Positions 60,333 to 64,000 of a stretch of DNA of 64,000 nt are shown here, one piece after another. Position 1 is the stretch's first letter; every line of letters begins with the position of its first letter. The translations under genes and the position numbers were made by a program. Origin of the DNA: an uncultured archaeon (lineage in GTDB: Archaea; Thermoproteota; Nitrososphaeria; Nitrososphaerales; Gagatemarchaeaceae); assembly GCA_963817525.1 (NCBI GenBank), contig CAWFOU010000007.1, positions 224,001 to 288,000 of the forward strand, given 5' to 3'. Below the pieces are notes generated by a model that saw only the letters and a list, made by a program, of their open reading frames with translations, was not told the DNA's origin and searched no databases.

Positions 60333-60441
60333 CTCGAGATTCTCCCCCGACCCGCCTTAATTTCCTTTTTCACGGGGTGCTCGACGCCGAACGGGGGCCG
60401 ACCAGAAAGGTTCATTTCACACTGCTACGCCAACTGTCGCC

Positions 60442-60972
60442 ATGAACCTGAGACTCGTCGTTGGTGTCGGCTCTATCTCCCTGATCGCTATCTCGCTCTT
60501 GGTCGCTTCTTTTCCTCTAGCTAGCGCCCAGACGACCACCATCATCACCATCCCGAAAGGGTCTGGCTTCCCAGCCGGCGCTCCCGGGTACGCGCCCGAC
60601 AACGCCACGGTCGTGATAGGGGTGAACAACACGGTGGAGTGGGTGAACAACGACACGGTCGCGCACACGGTCACGCCCGTGAAGCAGCCCTCGGGCGGGA
60701 ACTGGCCGGCTGCGGGGTCGGGCAACCTTGCCGTGAACGCGACGTACACCTTTACGTTCACCGTGCCGGGCACCTACACCTACAACTGCCTGTACCACAC
60801 TTGGATGTCGGGGACGCTGACGGTGCTCCCCGCAACGCACACGACGGCCGAGTTCCCCACGGCAGCCCTTGCCATCGTCCTCTTCGCCGTGATTGCCGCC
60901 GTGATAGTGGCGGTTCCCCGGCTGAAGCCGAAGCCGGTAGCCAGCGCGGCGCCGCCCGCGATGGGCGCCTAG
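60442..60972 (+). CDS. plastocyanin-like type-1 blue copper protein with PEF-CTERM-like anchor
   Basis: W.NND..AHTVT; YNCLYHTWMSG; AEFP plus TM plus basic tail. Confidence 0.88.
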   Translation: MNLRLVVGVGSISLIAISLLVASFPLASAQTTTIITIPKGSGFPAGAPGYAPDNATVVIGVNNTVEWVNNDTVAHTVTPVKQPSGGNWPAAGSGNLAVNATYTFTFTVPGTYTYNCLYHTWMSGTLTVLPATHTTAEFPTAALAIVLFAVIAAVIVAVPRLKPKPVASAAPPAMGA

Positions 60973-61002
60973 CCTAAGAAACGAATTTCGCGACCCCTCG
61001 GC

Positions 61003-61971
61003 TTACGCCGAGAGCGTGCCCTGCTTCGCGCGGGCGCTGAGCTCCTTGATCATGTCCTTCGTCATGGCGCCGAGGTTGTACTTGGGTTTCCACCCCCAGT
61101 CCCTGCGCGCGACTCCGTCGTCGACGGACTCGGGCCACGAGTCGGCAATCTTCTGGCGGAAGTCGGGGACGAACTCGCAGGTGAACCCCGGAATGTGCTT
61201 CTTGATCTCCCTGGCTAGCTCCCCGGCGGAGAAGCTCAGCCCGGCGAGGTTGTGGCCCATGTGATAGGTGACGCTCCTCGGGCTGGCGTCCATCAGCATG
61301 AGGGTGGCCCGGATAGCGTCCGGCATGTACATCATGGGTAGGACCGTGTCCTCCCTCACGAAGCAAGTGTAGCGCTTCTTCAGGATGGCCTGATAGAACA
61401 TGTCGACGGCGTAGTCGGTCGTCCCGCCGTGCGGAGGGACCTTGTTGCTGATGATCCCCGGGTACCTTATCGAACGGACGTCAACGCCGTAGCGCTGGTG
61501 GTAGTAGTTGCAGAGGAGCTCGCCCGCCGCCTTCGTTATCCCGTACATCGTGGTGGGGGCGAGGGGCACGTCCTGGGGGGTCTTGACCCGCGGGATGCCA
61601 GGCCCGAAGACCGCGATGGAGCTAGGCCAGTAGACGCGCTTGACCCCCAGCTCCCTCGAGAGCTCGAGGATGTTCTGAAGGCCCTTCATGTTGACGTCCC
61701 AGGCGAGCTGTGGGTTCTTCTCGCCTGCCGCGGAGAGGATGGCAGCCAGGTGGTAGATCGTCGTCACACCCCAGGTCCCGATGGCCTCCTGCAGCTTCCG
61801 GATCTCGGTGACGTCGACCTGCTCGTTGGGGCCTGACGGGAGGACCTTCTCCACGGCCTTCAGCAGGATGTCGGTTGCGATGACGTTCTCCTCGCCGTGC
61901 TTCTCGCGGAGGGCGACGACGAGCTCGGAGCCGATCTGGCCGGCGGCTCCCGTCACCAAGATCTTGCCCAT
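61003..61971 (-). CDS. tdh: L-threonine 3-dehydrogenase, SDR/epimerase type
   Basis: GAAGQIG, HLAAILSA.GE, PSSIAVFG, MYGITK, GGTTDYAV. Confidence 0.9.
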   Translation of the reverse strand: MGKILVTGAAGQIGSELVVALREKHGEENVIATDILLKAVEKVLPSGPNEQVDVTEIRKLQEAIGTWGVTTIYHLAAILSAAGEKNPQLAWDVNMKGLQNILELSRELGVKRVYWPSSIAVFGPGIPRVKTPQDVPLAPTTMYGITKAAGELLCNYYHQRYGVDVRSIRYPGIISNKVPPHGGTTDYAVDMFYQAILKKRYTCFVREDTVLPMMYMPDAIRATLMLMDASPRSVTYHMGHNLAGLSFSAGELAREIKKHIPGFTCEFVPDFRQKIADSWPESVDDGVARRDWGWKPKYNLGAMTKDMIKELSARAKQGTLSA

Positions 61972-62059
61972 GAATTCTTGCGCTTTTCCGGCGTTCGCTA
62001 CATAAGGGTTTTCTGCGGTCGTCGGTCTTCCGAAACCTCGTCCGCCTCGCATCTTGTGA

Positions 62060-63760
62060 TGACACGCCTAGCCGTATTTCCACAACCGCGCCCTCGGAAT
62101 GACGGCCATGCACCCTGTCCTTGATCATGACGCTTCCACCGTATCTTTCGACTACGAGGGCTCGGACGATTGAGAGTCCCAGCCCGCTTCCTACGGCGCT
62201 GTCGAGATACCTTCTGAATACCTTCTCCTTTAGCTCCTCGGGGACGCCGACTCCGCGGTCTGTCACGCTGATCTTCCAGTACTGCTGCTTCGGCGTGCTT
62301 GGGGCGCCTTCGCTCGCTCTGCCTTCCCCTTCAAATTTCTCCACTTTCACGTCGATGGAAACATCGGCACCCTGCGTATATCTTACGGAGTTTGAGAAGA
62401 TGTTAACGAAAACCTCGTCCAGCAGCTCGTCGCAGACTGTCTGAGCCTCCAAGTCGTCGGAGGAATACGAGAATTCTATGTGTCTCCCAGGGTTGGCATC
62501 CCTAACCAGAGCGAAGGACCTATCCAAGGAGTCCTTCAGGTTGATCGGACCAAGTTGCACGTTTTCTTCGAAGGTGATCTTGCCTAACTTCTTCGCCCGC
62601 TCGATCAGGGACGTGGAGCCATCGATGGCGCTCGTCATCATGTTGAGCAGTCTCTCCCTCTTTTCGCCGTCGTGTTCGACCGCCAGCAGTTCGCTGTTGA
62701 ACCTCATGATCTGGTTGAAGTTCCTGATGTCGTGCGTGAGGACATCCTGCAGCAGCTGCGCCTGCTTCCGGCTGCGTTTCTCCTTCTCCCGGAGCTCCGT
62801 CTCTCCCCAAAGCGCCTCGAAGACCGAGACGAGCCCGGCGATGGTGGGCTTGCTCGTGCTGTAGATGTTGGTCGAAACCGCCTGCTCCGTCGTCTCTGCC
62901 TCGGAATTCAAGTACTGCGTGATGAACATCCTGCGCCTGTCGTAAATCAAGATGCTCACGTTGATTGACTTGTCCATGTTACGCCAAGTGGCGCTCGGAA
63001 GGAGCTCGGTGACCGAGCCGACGACCGTCGGCGAAAGGATCCTGACAGGGAACCCTTTCCTTTCCTGCCTCTCGGCGAGCCTCCGGAACGACTCCTTGTT
63101 CCTCAAGATCGTCTTCTCCGACGCCAGGATCATCAACACCTCTTCGCTGCACTCCTCCGTCATTCTTTCTCCGAGCTCGTAGACCCTATACATGTCATCG
63201 ATGACCACGGTCGATTCAGGTTCGACTCCTAGCTCCAGTTGCCCGATTCTCGCGTCGGCGGGCGTCGCGCTCCTCCACATTACCTGGAAGATCTGGTCAG
63301 CCTGAGATATCACGTCCTGTCTGGTGCTCCAGACCACCTCTCTGGGGATGGGAGCCTTCGAGGACGCTTGCTCCTCAATGGCCGACAGAGGCGCAGCGAG
63401 GTATTCTTCCTTCGAGAGCGCGAAACTCACCTTGTTTCCCTCGATGTGCCTGACCTCGACGCCCGCCTCCATCACGGCCTTATAGTAGCCCACGTTTTCT
63501 TTTTGCAAATCTGCGGCCAGCTGGAATTTCAGGTCTGGGTTCCGCGCGAACATCTGCCGCGTGTAGGCTATCGCTGGTTCCATTTCCTTGGGGATCCTCC
63601 TGTCGGCGAGAGCAACCAGATAGGATGAAGCTACCGCCCTCTCGATGAAAGCATTGACCAGCGACTCCACATTCTTCTCGCCCTTGACTACCCTCGTCTC
63701 TCCTTCGAGTCGGGCGTCTGCGCTTCCCTTGCCGCTGAGCAGTTGGTCCAAGCTTTCCAC
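62060..63760 (-). CDS. cytoplasmic sensor histidine kinase (3' end uncertain)
   Basis: H box THDIRN, N box VFVNIFSNSVRY, G1 DRGVGV, G2 GSGLGLSIV. Confidence 0.9.
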
Positions 63761-63854
63761 GATTGGGTTGGAAAGAAGCGCGGGTTCTGGCCATAAAAGC
63801 CGTTTTGGAACATTGTTCTCATTTAGAAATCTATACTTGCAGCGCGCGAGCCTC

Positions 63855-64000
63855 TCACGTCGGTTCAATCTCGGGCTTGGGGAGATGCTCTGGTGGGGCG
63901 TGGTAGACGGGCTGCACGTCGTTCGGCAGATCGGCCTCGAAGAAATCAATCGTCGTCAGTCTGTCGACCAGCTTCAGCAGCCTCACGAACCTCCTGGGAA
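63855..64000 (-). CDS. C-terminal fragment of a gene extending beyond the window
   Basis: ...PRRFVRLLKLVDRLTTIDFFEADLPNDVQPVYHAPPEHLPKPEIEPT*. Confidence 0.5.
   Translation of the reverse strand, partial: PRRFVRLLKLVDRLTTIDFFEADLPNDVQPVYHAPPEHLPKPEIEPT

Noticed and set aside
100-63949. Numerous long antisense or alternate-frame ORFs in the track (e.g. 1491..2561, 33148..34365, 49950..51842)
   Set aside because: Arg/Pro/Gly-rich shadows of real genes in high-GC DNA, with no family motifs.
1-64000. CRISPR array, rRNA, IS or integrase, provirus
   Set aside because: No periodic repeat-spacer pattern, rRNA-like tract, transposase or integrase motif, or att duplication was seen.

Overview
This is a high-GC archaeal chromosome segment. 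Archaeal TFB, archaeal rpS10, a BHB-intron tRNA and TATA-type promoters support that. The gene content (PQQ beta-propeller, Rieske/cytochrome b without cytochrome c, cupredoxins, F420-type enzymes) best fits a non-ammonia-oxidising Nitrososphaerota lineage, which is an inference. About 70 genes are mostly metabolic, transport or regulatory: pntAB, amt, a pgk-like gene, kbl/tdh, beta-oxidation genes, bcp and pduO. More than a dozen genes carry single-base frameshifts that look like assembly or consensus errors. The most notable element is a tRNA-Ser(UGA) gene with two introns (D-loop and 37/38). It is abutted tail-to-tail, 6 bp away, by a lower-GC free-standing HTH + double-LAGLIDADG endonuclease gene. 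Other highlights: a 56-aa CC1/DUF5679-like putative chromatin protein missed by the ORF track, a cytochrome b with a His-to-Lys change at a heme ligand, an MFS-USP fusion, a divergent PGK and several candidate operator or promoter motifs. All calls come from reading the sequence; no database searches were run.
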